Of a DNA stretch of 64,000 bases, positions 36,401 through 44,801 are shown piece after piece (the first letter of the stretch is position 1; every line of letters starts with the position of its first letter). This DNA comes from Candidatus Sumerlaeaceae bacterium (GTDB lineage Bacteria; Sumerlaeota; Sumerlaeia; Sumerlaeales; Sumerlaeaceae): NCBI GenBank assembly GCA_051003195.1, contig JBPCLP010000044.1, positions 1-64,000 on the forward strand, in the 5' to 3' direction. A program made the translations under genes and the position numbers. The notes below the pieces were generated by a model, which saw only the letters and a list, made by a program, of their open reading frames with translations, made no database searches and was not told the DNA's origin.

Positions 36401-39193
36401 GACGACCGCGATCAATTAGCGCTGGTGCGGGAAGCCGTGCAGACTTACGCATATTGGCGGCTGATGGGTTATGCGGCAGACCTCGTTATTTGCAATGAGG
36501 ACCGTTCGGGTTATCGCCAGGAACTCCAGGATGAAATCCTAGCGCACGTAACCGCAGGCGGCCATCCGCTTGACCGCCCCGGAGGCATTTTTGTTCGACG
36601 GTCCGAGCAAATTCCTGACGAAGACTTCGTCCTGCTGCAGTCCGCCGCTCGCGTACTCTTAACGGGCGGGAATGGTTCATTGGCCGAGCAGGCGGCACGA
36701 CGTTTTCGCGTGGAGCGTGGTGCTCCCGCGCTTCTACCCATAACTGGTCCACGGCGTGAACCAACGTCTGACACACAACTGGATATGCGGACGGACCTGA
36801 TATTCGATAACGGCCATGGGGGCTTCACCTCCGACGGGCGTGAGTATGTCATTCGGACGACAAAGGGTCAAAGCACGCCTGCACCGTGGGTAAACGTACT
36901 GGCCAATCCGTTCTTCGGCACCATTGTGACAGAAAGCGGTGGCGGATATACATGGAGTGAGAACGCACACGAGTATCGGCTAACACCATGGTCCAACGAT
37001 GCGGTGAGCGATTCGCCCGGCGAGGCACTGTATATCCGCGACGAGGATAGCGGCCTCTTCTGGTCGCCAACTCCGCGGCCCTCACCTGTGGGCAACGGGT
37101 ATTTAACTCGCCACGGTTTTGGGTACACCGTGTTTCAGCACATTCACTCCGGTATTTCGACGGAGCTTTGGGTCTACGTCGCTACCGATGCCTCCGTGAA
37201 GTTCCTGACGCTGAAGCTGCGCAATCTATCCGGTCGCACGCGCCGGCTCTCACTCACCGGTTATGTCGAGTGGGTGCTTGCGGAATTTCGCCACAGGTCG
37301 CTGCCACACATAGCGACCGAGCTGGATCCGAAAACAGGTGCCGTGTTCGCGCGCAATGCGTACCATTTGGACCTTCCCGAGCGCATCGCGTTCTTTGACG
37401 TAAGTGAATTCGAGAAAACTTTTACCTCCGACCGCGCGGAGTTCATCGGGCGCAATGGTTCGCTGTCGTCACCTGATGCACTGAAACGGCAACGTCTCTC
37501 CGGCAAGCGCGGCGCAGGCATGGACGCATGCACTGCCGTGCAGGTGAAATTGGAGCTGGCTGAGTCGCAGGAACGCGATGTCACTTTCATGCTCGGCGCC
37601 GGCCGCAACACCGATGACGCGCGCCAGCTCGTGACTCGATTCCGCGGCAACGCGCCTGCCCGCCAGGCGCTCCAACAAGTATGGGACTACTGGAACCGTA
37701 CGCTTGGCGCCGTCTACATCGAAACGCCGGATAAATCGCTGGATGTGCTCGCCAACGGCTGGCTGCTGTACCAGACGCTTGCATGCAGGATGTGGGGACG
37801 CAGTGGCTTCTACCAGTCCGGCGGAGCGTACGGGTTCCGCGACCAGCTGCAGGATTCCATGGCCCTCATCCACTCGCAGCCGGCGGTCATGCGCGCACAC
37901 CTTCTGCACAGCGCCGCCAACCAGTTTTCCGAGGGCGACGTCCAGCACTGGTGGCATCCGCCGCTCGGGCGGGGTGTGCGCACTCACTGTTCCGATGACC
38001 TTCTCTGGCTTCCGTTGGCAGTTTGCCGCTACGTAAATGCGATCGGCGATACTGGCGTACTCGATGAGAGTATTCCATTTTTGCAGGCGCCGCCACTTCG
38101 GCAGGAGGATGAATCCCGCTACGATTTGCCGCACCACGGTGATGACTCCGGAACATTATACGAACACTGCGTTCGCGCTATTAAGAGATCCTTAACCAGC
38201 GGTGCACATGGGTTGCCGCTGATGGGAGGCTGCGACTGGAACGATGGTATGAACCTCGTCGGACACGAGGGAAAAGGCGAGAGTGTCTGGCTCGCTTTTT
38301 TCCTGCATACCGTGCTCACCGGGTTTGGCAAAATCGCAGGCCAGCGTGCGGACCAGGAATTCGCCGACCAATGCAACGCCGAAGCCGAAAGCCTCCGCAA
38401 GCGTATTGAAGAAAATGCGTGGGACGGCAACTGGTATCGTCGCGCCTACTTCGATAATGGAGATCCGCTCGGGTCCGCCAGCAACCAGGAATGCCGGATC
38501 GATTCCATCTCGCAAAGCTGGTCCGTCCTATCCGGCGCAGGTGATCCCGATCGCCGCGAGAGCGCCATGAAGTCACTCAGCGAGCATCTCGTCCGAGACA
38601 ACGATGCGATTGTCCTGTTACTCGAGCCTCCGTTTGACACCTCTCCGCAGGAGCCGGGCTATATTAAAGGTTACGTTCCCGGGGTTCGCGAAAATGGTGG
38701 CCAGTACACCCACGCCGCCATCTGGGCCGCCATGGCCTTCGCCACGATGGGAAACACCGGCCGCGCATGGGAGCTAATGGCGCTCATCAATCCGGTCATG
38801 CACGGCAGCACGCCCGAATCCATCAGCACCTACCGCGTCGAGCCTTACGTCGTCGCTGCCGACGTCTACGGTCGCCCGCCCCACACCGGCCGCGGCGGGT
38901 GGACATGGTATACCGGCTCCGCTGCATGGATGTACCGGCTCATCATCGAGTCGCTTCTCGGTATCCATCTGCGGGTTGATCACCTGGAGCTGAACCCCTC
39001 CATGCCTGCATCGTGGCGCTTCTACGCCGTGAACTATCGGTTCCACGAATCCACTTATCGGATCGAGTTTCTCCGCACCGGTGATGGAAACACAGTTCTA
39101 CAGCTTAAAATCAACGGCAGCGAAGTGCCCGGTAACAGGGTGCCGTTGATTAACGACCGGCAGCGGCACGATGTACAGGTGCAACTCGGCTAG
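30476..39193 (+). CDS. ndvB: Cyclic beta-1,2-glucan synthase (Cgs/NdvB type with GH94 phosphorylase domain)
   Basis: EWLLDN, GELWA, ERKRGK, TLDTDT, SHDLLEG, RWIRGDWQ, SWSGSMFEY, QSGGAYGFRDQLQD, DWNDG, ENGGQYTHAA. Confidence 0.93.
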   Translation: MSRLLLLNRPLSLPDSSSEEPLRQELFSTEQLCEHARVIAAQHQLDTHRYPDRLLVRLTENEKVLTYAYDQENRAAEKKRDLTATSEWLLDNYYLIEEQIRIARQHLPKGYSRQLPRLRNSTPPNVPRAYGIVLELISHVDGRVDGENLTVFVESYQSVTQLTLGELWAIPIMLRLALIENLRRVAARLAARRKHFELADHWVDRLIERAEIDPTTLIVTVAEMAQARLPMSGAFVGQFSKRMQDYSGAPSFAISWLEQQLVHEGSTVVELVRADMTQQAIEHISMNNSIGSLRTLEAIDWREFVDTLSIVEKTLRSDPADVYSDMDFFTRDACRHRVEDISRRSRQSEYAVAQLAVEISRAALASHGKRAPESHVGYYLLDNGIAALKQAANIRPGFRDFLDKCRRCTFGSYIYSLTLLSATVALMLLWLEFSGTQRAWLWLPVGILVLICASQLAATLVNWLAMQLVHPRALPRMDFSEGIPPDCKTLVAVPTLLTDIKSAQDLLDDLEVRYLANRDARLSFALLTDLPDAAAEIIESDAAVVQLVSEGIRELNDKYHVEQRDVYYLFHRPRLWNAQERVWMGYERKRGKLGDLNALLQGEARDRFSVIVGDTAQLQGVKFIITLDTDTRLPREAAQKLVATMAHPLNRPGYSTDGTRIVRGYSILQPRVAVSLPSSRRSWYVRLFGGDAGIDPYTRTVSDVYQDLFEEGSFIGKGIYDLEAFQRELDGQFPENLILSHDLLEGCYARSGLVTDVELFEDHPSRYSTDVARRSRWIRGDWQIARYVLPGCSRRQNAPESDYLSGLSRWKIFDNLRRSLVPASAFALLLVGWMLLNNPWPWTAFVVAIFLSPAILGLLAGGCNRSSELPWTLHLLECGKAFGRQVMQSVFTVAMLPYETYYSLDAIARTLHRLIVSKRHLLEWTTAKQAGRNSSAGLAAQWRQMWMSPAVASLVLVELFWSRPIVLIPAAPFLSLWLLSPVIAWWISLPLRERTTLRAPQQRAFLEKLARRTWRFFETFAGPDDHWLPVDNYQEYPVTTTAHRTSPTNMGMCLLSNLTAYDFGYITCGELVERTQRTLNSMQLLERFRGHFYNWYDTNTLKPLEPLYVSTVDSGNLAGHLLTLRQGLLALPEVGILPARHLSGLRDTLELFADSLQMKDSAKAPRPETLTRSVDMVITAIRAELAIDNRSLTDYIDLIQKLQLAGDELASRFAPDDDTEANYWSVAFSRQCRSALAELEELTPWLFLEQNGNHDEELHAHLDELNESGSLNAIASLATRFPGEASTLRYNSTSDNGGTATAVAVDTRLLQCVSEATQRAKLRIQLIEQMAAVCQELAELDYDFLYDTSRQLLTIGYNVTDRRRDASCYDLLASEARLCSFVAIAQNRLPLEHWFALGRQLTTSGAETALLSWSGSMFEYLMPLLVMPDYEGTLLHETYKAVVERQIEYGRERGVPWGISESGYNLTDARLDYQYRAFGVPGLGLKRGLSKDIVIAPYACVMALMIEPERACSNLQHMVELGYVGAYGMYEAIDYTSARLTRTQNAAIVRSFMAHHQGMSFLSLAYVLLDRPMQMRFMADPLFRATDLLLQERVPKAVPFYPHAMEVSSARVASTQPAESMRVITTPHTPHPEVRLLSNGRYTVMVTNSGSGQSLWNGLSLTRWREDPTRDNWGQFCYIRDVNADESWCAGYHPLMSLSKRYEAIFSPGRAEFRRWDSSIETHTDIMVSAEDDVELRRITVSNNSASSKLIELTTYAEVVLAAQPADETHPAFSNLFVQTELYRDRQAILCTRRPRAPGEQHPWMIHLLSISGTMAGSASYETDRMKFLGRGRTTANPVAMETDVLSGTEGPVLDPIVAIRCRVSIEPDENCVVDVVTGVADTRDGALALIEKYHDRRLTDRIAELSWTHEQLILRQLQASFSDLQAFEQLVSTMIYSHARRRASATILLKNSRTQAGLWGYGLSGDMPIMLVRIDDRDQLALVREAVQTYAYWRLMGYAADLVICNEDRSGYRQELQDEILAHVTAGGHPLDRPGGIFVRRSEQIPDEDFVLLQSAARVLLTGGNGSLAEQAARRFRVERGAPALLPITGPRREPTSDTQLDMRTDLIFDNGHGGFTSDGREYVIRTTKGQSTPAPWVNVLANPFFGTIVTESGGGYTWSENAHEYRLTPWSNDAVSDSPGEALYIRDEDSGLFWSPTPRPSPVGNGYLTRHGFGYTVFQHIHSGISTELWVYVATDASVKFLTLKLRNLSGRTRRLSLTGYVEWVLAEFRHRSLPHIATELDPKTGAVFARNAYHLDLPERIAFFDVSEFEKTFTSDRAEFIGRNGSLSSPDALKRQRLSGKRGAGMDACTAVQVKLELAESQERDVTFMLGAGRNTDDARQLVTRFRGNAPARQALQQVWDYWNRTLGAVYIETPDKSLDVLANGWLLYQTLACRMWGRSGFYQSGGAYGFRDQLQDSMALIHSQPAVMRAHLLHSAANQFSEGDVQHWWHPPLGRGVRTHCSDDLLWLPLAVCRYVNAIGDTGVLDESIPFLQAPPLRQEDESRYDLPHHGDDSGTLYEHCVRAIKRSLTSGAHGLPLMGGCDWNDGMNLVGHEGKGESVWLAFFLHTVLTGFGKIAGQRADQEFADQCNAEAESLRKRIEENAWDGNWYRRAYFDNGDPLGSASNQECRIDSISQSWSVLSGAGDPDRRESAMKSLSEHLVRDNDAIVLLLEPPFDTSPQEPGYIKGYVPGVRENGGQYTHAAIWAAMAFATMGNTGRAWELMALINPVMHGSTPESISTYRVEPYVVAADVYGRPPHTGRGGWTWYTGSAAWMYRLIIESLLGIHLRVDHLELNPSMPASWRFYAVNYRFHESTYRIEFLRTGDGNTVLQLKINGSEVPGNRVPLINDRQRHDVQVQLG

Positions 39194-39225
39194 TCGTGGA
39201 ATCCTCCAATCTCCAGTCCTCTAAT

Positions 39226-40245
39226 CTAACTGTTTCTCAACGTTCGCCTCGCACGCAGTGCGTCCAGAATGACAGCCAGCACAATCACCAATCCTGTCAC
39301 CAGTCGCTTCACCGGCTCGGTGACCCCAGTCTGCGAGAGGCCTGTTTCCAGCACCGCGATGATCAGGACGCCGAAGATGCTCTTGCCCACCGACCCGCGT
39401 CCACCGGCCAGGCTCGTGCCGCCAATCACAACCGCGGCGATGGCAGAAAGTTCCCATCCAATGCCGGCATTCGGATCAGCCGACGACAGGCGCGAACAAT
39501 TAAAAACTCCCGCCAGCGCAGCCAGAATACCCGATATTACGAACACCGCTACCTTGGTGGGAAGGGGGTTGATGCCTGATAGCCGCACCGCCTCTTCGTT
39601 TGTGCCGATGGCGACCATGTAACGCCCGAACACGGTGCGCGAAAGAATGATCTGCCCGGCGATTGCCACGCCCAGTGCCGCAAGGAACGCAGGCGATACC
39701 CCGACCGCGGCGATGGGCTCGCTTATACCTTCGATGGCGGCTCCGATGTACTTCGTTTGAGAACCCGTAACGAGGTAAGCCCCACCCCGCGCGGCCTCCA
39801 GCATGCCCAGCGTCACAATGAAAGACGGAATGGCCCAGCGGACGGTGATGAGCCCCGACATCAGCCCGCACGCGCCACCGGCTGCAAGTGCAGCCGCGAC
39901 ACCGACAGCCAGTGGCTGTTGCCTGTCCACCAGCAGGATGCCGAGTACCGATGACGCGAGAGCCATTACGGACCCGACCGACAGATCGATGCCGCCGATG
40001 ATCAACACCAGCGTCATCCCGACCGACAATGTAATGAGCGCCGGGATCTGATTTGCGATCGTCCGGAAAGTCGCCGGCTGGAAGAAGTTCGTGCTCAGCT
40101 GGCTGAACAGTCCGACCAAAACGGCGAGCACGAGCACCATCCCGGCAAAGTCGAGAATCGAAGCCATGCGGCTGCCCGCCTGCCGCGGCGAAGGCCTCTG
40201 GGCAGGAGCAGCACTGGGAGATATTGTCTCGTCGTCTGTTCTCAT
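39226..40245 (-). CDS. Monosaccharide ABC transporter permease (RbsC-like)
   Basis: GGIDLSVGS, IPSFIVTLG, IAAVVIGGTSLAGG; ATGA overlap with ATPase. Confidence 0.92.
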   Translation of the reverse strand: MRTDDETISPSAAPAQRPSPRQAGSRMASILDFAGMVLVLAVLVGLFSQLSTNFFQPATFRTIANQIPALITLSVGMTLVLIIGGIDLSVGSVMALASSVLGILLVDRQQPLAVGVAAALAAGGACGLMSGLITVRWAIPSFIVTLGMLEAARGGAYLVTGSQTKYIGAAIEGISEPIAAVGVSPAFLAALGVAIAGQIILSRTVFGRYMVAIGTNEEAVRLSGINPLPTKVAVFVISGILAALAGVFNCSRLSSADPNAGIGWELSAIAAVVIGGTSLAGGRGSVGKSIFGVLIIAVLETGLSQTGVTEPVKRLVTGLVIVLAVILDALRARRTLRNS

Positions 40246-41828
40246 ACCAGGCTTTCCCCTCCATTCGATGCCGAAGCGGTAACGCGACGCCCCGCGTACC
40301 CGCTGAAACTTGCCGCCATCAGCTTTTCGTCGCTCCACTCGCCACGATTAAAGATCGTCACGAGGCGCCCCGACGACATGACGCCGATTCGGTCGCAGAG
40401 CTCCATAAGTTCCTGCTGGTCACTCGAGGCCACCACAATCGCTTTGCCGCTGGAAGCCAGCTCGCGCAACAGCGCGTATATTGAACGCCGCGCGGAGATG
40501 TCGATGCCGCGGGTGGGTTCGTCGCAAAGCAGAACATCGCAGTCGCGCAGCAGCCATCGCGCGATGAGCACCTTCTGCTGGTTTCCTCCACTCAGCTGCC
40601 CGACCCGCTGGCTCACTGCCTTACAGTTCACCGTAAGCCGGGTGCAGTAATCCCACGCGATCTGTTGCTCACGGCGGCCGGATAGCCAGCCCATCGTGTT
40701 CGACACTGACCCGATATTCGCCAGCGTAACATTGGTTGAGATCGACTGCGTCAGCAGCATTCCCAATGTCTTCCGATCCTCCGGAAGCATGCCGATACCC
40801 GCGCGCACAGCATCACCGGGCGCCTTAATGCGCACCACCCGTAGCGGCGTTCCGGCGGCCACTGTTCCCGACTCCGCCTGATCCGCGCCGAAGATCGTCC
40901 GCAGCGTTTCGGTCCGACCTGAACCCACCAGCCCCGAGAGCCCGAAGACCTCGCCCCTGTGCACCGACAGCGACACATCGCGCGTAAGCGGGCCCCGGCA
41001 AAGATTCGTCACCTGCAATGCAACCGGCTGGCGAAGGTGCGCGGGTTCCTCACGAAAATCGTGGGAGCCCGCTCGCCCTGCTGCGCCCGCCGCCGGAGGA
41101 GTTCCCGTCATAGCGGTGACCATCTCCTCGACCGAAATCTCCGACGCCGTGCGCGTCACGACCACCTGCCCGTCACGAAGCACGGAGATTCGATCGGCGG
41201 TCGCCTTCAGTTCCTCCATCCGATGGCTGATGTAGATCAGCCCGACCCCGGCCGCTTTAAGTTCACGGATCCGTGCGAACAGCAGTTCGACTTCGGGCTG
41301 CGTCAGCATCGCGGTCGGCTCGTCCAGGATTAGCAGCCGCAGGTTGCGCGTGAGCGCGGAGGCGATTTCCACGAGCTGCTGCTGCCCAATGCCAAGCCGG
41401 CTGACCAGCGTATCGGGATGCACGTGTCCCAGCCCGACCTGCTCCAGAGCATCGCCCGCGTCACGCCGCAGCCGCGCGCGCGAGATGAATCCAAAATTCC
41501 GAGGCAGGCGATTGAGAAACAGGTTCTCGCCCACCGAGAGTGTGGGGATGAGGTTCAGCTCCTGCTGAACAATGTGTACCCCCGCCCGCTCGGCGTCACC
41601 TTTGGCCTCCGGAGCGTAAGGCTGGCCGAACAATTCCAGTTCGCCCGAATCCGGCCGCGCCATGCCGCAAATAATGCGCGCCAGCGTACTTTTGCCCGCG
41701 CCGTTCGCTCCCACCAGCGCATGAACTTCTCCCGCCTCGACGTCGAGACTGACCGCCGACAGAACCGGGGCATTGTACGCCTTGAATACCTCGTGGACCC
41801 GCAGGAGGGCCGTCGTCGATACGGTTAT
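40242..41828 (-). CDS. Monosaccharide ABC transporter ATPase (RbsA-like, two NBDs)
   Basis: GANGAGKST, LDEPT, LSGGNQQK, DEPTRGID; homology continues 38 codons upstream of GTG 41714 to an ATA codon. Confidence 0.92.
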   Translation of the reverse strand: MTVSTTALLRVHEVFKAYNAPVLSAVSLDVEAGEVHALVGANGAGKSTLARIICGMARPDSGELELFGQPYAPEAKGDAERAGVHIVQQELNLIPTLSVGENLFLNRLPRNFGFISRARLRRDAGDALEQVGLGHVHPDTLVSRLGIGQQQLVEIASALTRNLRLLILDEPTAMLTQPEVELLFARIRELKAAGVGLIYISHRMEELKATADRISVLRDGQVVVTRTASEISVEEMVTAMTGTPPAAGAAGRAGSHDFREEPAHLRQPVALQVTNLCRGPLTRDVSLSVHRGEVFGLSGLVGSGRTETLRTIFGADQAESGTVAAGTPLRVVRIKAPGDAVRAGIGMLPEDRKTLGMLLTQSISTNVTLANIGSVSNTMGWLSGRREQQIAWDYCTRLTVNCKAVSQRVGQLSGGNQQKVLIARWLLRDCDVLLCDEPTRGIDISARRSIYALLRELASSGKAIVVASSDQQELMELCDRIGVMSSGRLVTIFNRGEWSDEKLMAASFSGYAGRRVTASASNGGESLV

Positions 41829-42793
41829 TTCAGCGTCTCGGCAGTCACAAGATCCACCGGCGTCTGCTTGTCCGCGGGCCTGGCGCCTTTCGATATCTCC
41901 AGCGCGTACTCGATTCCGAAAACCGCCAGTTGATCTCCATGCTGATCCACCGTGGCCAGTACACGCCCATCCTTCAGCATCGGGCGGATCGCCGAAATGT
42001 TATCGAAGCCGACGATGAACACCTGCCCGGTCTTGCCTGCGGCCTTGACCGCCGCCACCGCGCCAAGGGCCATGTTGTCGTTGCTCGCGAGAATCGCCTT
42101 CAGGTCCGGGTGCTCGCTCAGCATCGCCGCGGCGACAGTGTTCGCTTTTTCCATCTCCCACTGACCGGTCTGTACAGCGACGACGTTCGCTCCAGCCTTC
42201 TTCATTGCGTCCTCGAACCCGAGCCGTCGCTGCTGCGCATTAAACGCGGTCGGCACGCCTTCCAGGATGGCGACCTTGTCACCAGGCTTCAGCTTCGCCG
42301 CGAGCACCTCGCCCACTTTGCGCGCGCCTTCGCGGTTGTCCGGACCGACGAACGGAATGTCGCCGCCGGTCTGCTTCAGCACTTGTGCGTCCAGCCGGTT
42401 ATCGATGTTCACGACAACAATTCCGGCCTTTCGCGCGCGGGCCAGCGCCGGGATTAGCGCCTTCGAATCAGCCGGGGCGATGACAATGGCATTCACCTTC
42501 TGAGAGGCCATCTGCTCCACCAGCGCGACCTGCGCGTTCAGGTCCCGCTCATCGCGGATGCCGTTCACCACCAGGTCATACTTACCCGCGTTGTCCTGCT
42601 GGTGCTTTTCCGCTCCTTTGCGCATTGTGGTGAAGAATTCGTTCGCCAGCGATTTCATGATCAGCGCGATCTTCGGCTTGTCGCCGGCGGCTTTCGACTC
42701 TTCTGCTGAAAAACTGTGTTGCGGCGTAATCGCGAACAACGAGGACAGGACGAAAACTACGGCGGCCACTACGGCGTGTCGGCTCACAGGCAT
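41825..42793 (-). CDS. Sugar ABC transporter substrate-binding protein (RbsB-like)
   Basis: Signal peptide, MKSLANEFF, NIDN, NDNMALGA, GFD. Confidence 0.92.
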   Translation of the reverse strand: MPVSRHAVVAAVVFVLSSLFAITPQHSFSAEESKAAGDKPKIALIMKSLANEFFTTMRKGAEKHQQDNAGKYDLVVNGIRDERDLNAQVALVEQMASQKVNAIVIAPADSKALIPALARARKAGIVVVNIDNRLDAQVLKQTGGDIPFVGPDNREGARKVGEVLAAKLKPGDKVAILEGVPTAFNAQQRRLGFEDAMKKAGANVVAVQTGQWEMEKANTVAAAMLSEHPDLKAILASNDNMALGAVAAVKAAGKTGQVFIVGFDNISAIRPMLKDGRVLATVDQHGDQLAVFGIEYALEISKGARPADKQTPVDLVTAETLK

Positions 42794-43200
42794 GATCTCC
42801 GGGAAGGTGAATTGTGGCAAGCACTGCGCGGCAGGTTTTTAGAGGGCAAATAATTTCGGCTTCTATTGGATGCGTGTTCGCTCTGCTGAAAAGCGGACGT
42901 ACTTCTTTTCGAAGCAGATGTCACAATCTGCGCCGCGTGGAAAACTCCTTTCTCTAACCCATGAATCCTTATCATAGACGTCCCGAATTTTCCGAACGGC
43001 GTCGGAATCATTGCCGGCATTAGCGCAATCGGGGCTGGAGCATTCGGGCTGCGTACCGCGAACGACTTTTGAGGATGGTGCAGGCAATGGATATTTTAGG
43101 GTTCGGGATGCGTTACAGTTGTAATTTTTGTCCACGAACCGCACGAATATCACGAATGATTGCTATGGGTACGAGGGCGCGGGTGACTGCGGTTGGACGC

Positions 43201-43236
43201 TTTTCAAGTTTTCAAGTTTTTCAAGTGTTTTTCAAG
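43201..43236. repeat. Four short tandem copies of TTTTCAAG
   Basis: Direct reading; inverted copy CACTTGAAAAA at 43302-43312. Confidence 0.75.
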
Positions 43237-43640
43237 TTTGCAGTGTAGAAGCTTGAAAGGCTTGCAGATAAATCAAGTTGGCCAAAATGGGGTAATTTCG
43301 CCACTTGAAAAACGGTAATCCTCGCGTAATGATTCGCCGGGGCCCAGTGCGCCCTGGTAGCGGGGCTTGCCGGATGGGCGGTTTTTCCGCCAGGCGCAAA
43401 GACGCGGAAGCCACGTCGATTGGGCGTAGAAGTCCCTTTGCCGTTTGTCACGGCGTACGGCCTGCATAGCTGTCAAAGAACACGTTCAGTTACTACGGGG
43501 GCAGGTATAGACCCGTTTTGAGGTGCGTGCCTATTCCCTGGCGGACGCTTAATGGGGGCTAAGTCCAATAAAGTCGAAAAAGATTTTTGGGCGAATGTGC
43601 GCTGGTGCGTGCGGGCAAATGCCGTTGAAGCCGCTTGAAG

Positions 43641-43819
43641 CACGGCTGGGTCGCTCCTTAACAGTCGGGGTACCGATCCAATCGAAATCTCGGCTGGGGC
43701 GCTCCCTAACGGTCGGGGTACCGATCCAATCGAAATCACGGCTGGGGCGCTCTCTAACAGTCGGGGTACCGATCGTAATCACGCAAGGTCGCTCCTTAAC
43801 AGTCGCGGTACCGATCCAA
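43641..43819. repeat. Tandem 48-bp REP-like repeat, four copies
   Basis: Units begin 43641, 43689, 43737, 43780; core CGCTCYYTAACRGTCGSGGTACCGATC. Confidence 0.9.
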
Positions 43820-43871
43820 GTTCAACTCCGCTGATTGCGCGGCAGCCACCCGCCGACTGGAACGCGATCCG

Positions 43872-44552
43872 TTACCAGGAGCCACCGTACATCCACACGC
43901 CGCCGAGCAGAATCGCCGCCACTGCGCAGCCACTCATCATGCCGCGGTAGAGATTCGCATGATGTGCTGCACAGCGCTCGGACAGTTTTCCCATACCGCA
44001 GGAGAACGCGCCCATGGCCGCGACTGTGCCGATCCCAAAGGCTAACAGGTACGTTACCGCCTGCGCGGCTGTAGGCAATGCCAGCATCGGGAGAATAGCC
44101 AGCACGTGCGAACTGCCGGCAAGGCCATGCAGTGCTCCGATGGCGACCGAGGCATGGGTATGTTCGTGTGCACCCGGCAGTTCATGATCGCCATGCCCGA
44201 CGTGCACGTGCACATGCAGATGTCGGCCGCCGTCGTGGTCGTGTTCGTGAACGTGCAGCTTTGTGCATATTGCGTGTCGCAACGCCCACAGGCCAATTAC
44301 GATGAGGACCGCCCCAACAACGCGTTCACCCCAGGACGAAATCAGCTCCAGCGGCAGCTTCTCGCGCAGCCACAGGGAGAGCAAGGCCACGATGGCGAGC
44401 CCCGCGAAATGGCCGATGCCCCAACGGATGCCGCGAACCCAGCCGCGGTTTTGACCCCGGGCCGCGAGCGGTGCAATGGCCGCAAGATGATCCGGCCCGG
44501 TAAGCACATGCACCGCTCCCGCCATTAGTCCTGTCAGTACCACCATCATCAC
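43872..44552 (-). CDS. UreH/NiCoT-like nickel/cobalt transporter
   Basis: GPDHLAA, WGIGH, His-rich loop HVHEHDHDG.HLHVHVH, GALHGLAGS. Confidence 0.85.
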   Translation of the reverse strand: MMMVVLTGLMAGAVHVLTGPDHLAAIAPLAARGQNRGWVRGIRWGIGHFAGLAIVALLSLWLREKLPLELISSWGERVVGAVLIVIGLWALRHAICTKLHVHEHDHDGGRHLHVHVHVGHGDHELPGAHEHTHASVAIGALHGLAGSSHVLAILPMLALPTAAQAVTYLLAFGIGTVAAMGAFSCGMGKLSERCAAHHANLYRGMMSGCAVAAILLGGVWMYGGSW

Positions 44553-44801
44553 ATCACCACCGCGCGATCCAGGCGGGCTGGCAAAACATTTATCTGCAGC
44601 AAAAGCCCCACATCAAAACCATCCGAGAACTCCAGCCCACCGACCTCCTCGAGCGCTTCGACGAGTTGCAAAGTCTGGCGGTCTAAACGCTTCCTGCGGC
44701 AAATTCTGCAATCCGGCTCCGCATAAACAGTAGCAAATGCGAGATCGCACCTTAGCGTTTGACGACAGGCTCATCGATATCACCCACCGGAGACCGTCGC
44801 C

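Noticed and set aside
19121..40338. Genomic island integrated at tRNA-Ala with att repeat CGTCGCTCCAC at 40328-40338
   Set aside because: The match is only 11 bp and lies inside the ABC ATPase coding sequence; no integrase is present.
43641..43819. Possible CRISPR array
   Set aside because: Inter-core sequences are near identical rather than unique spacers, and there are no cas genes.
43473..43834. Repeat-containing ORFs (GRSLTVGVP repeats)
   Set aside because: Open frames are a by-product of the 48-bp DNA repeat and occur on both strands.
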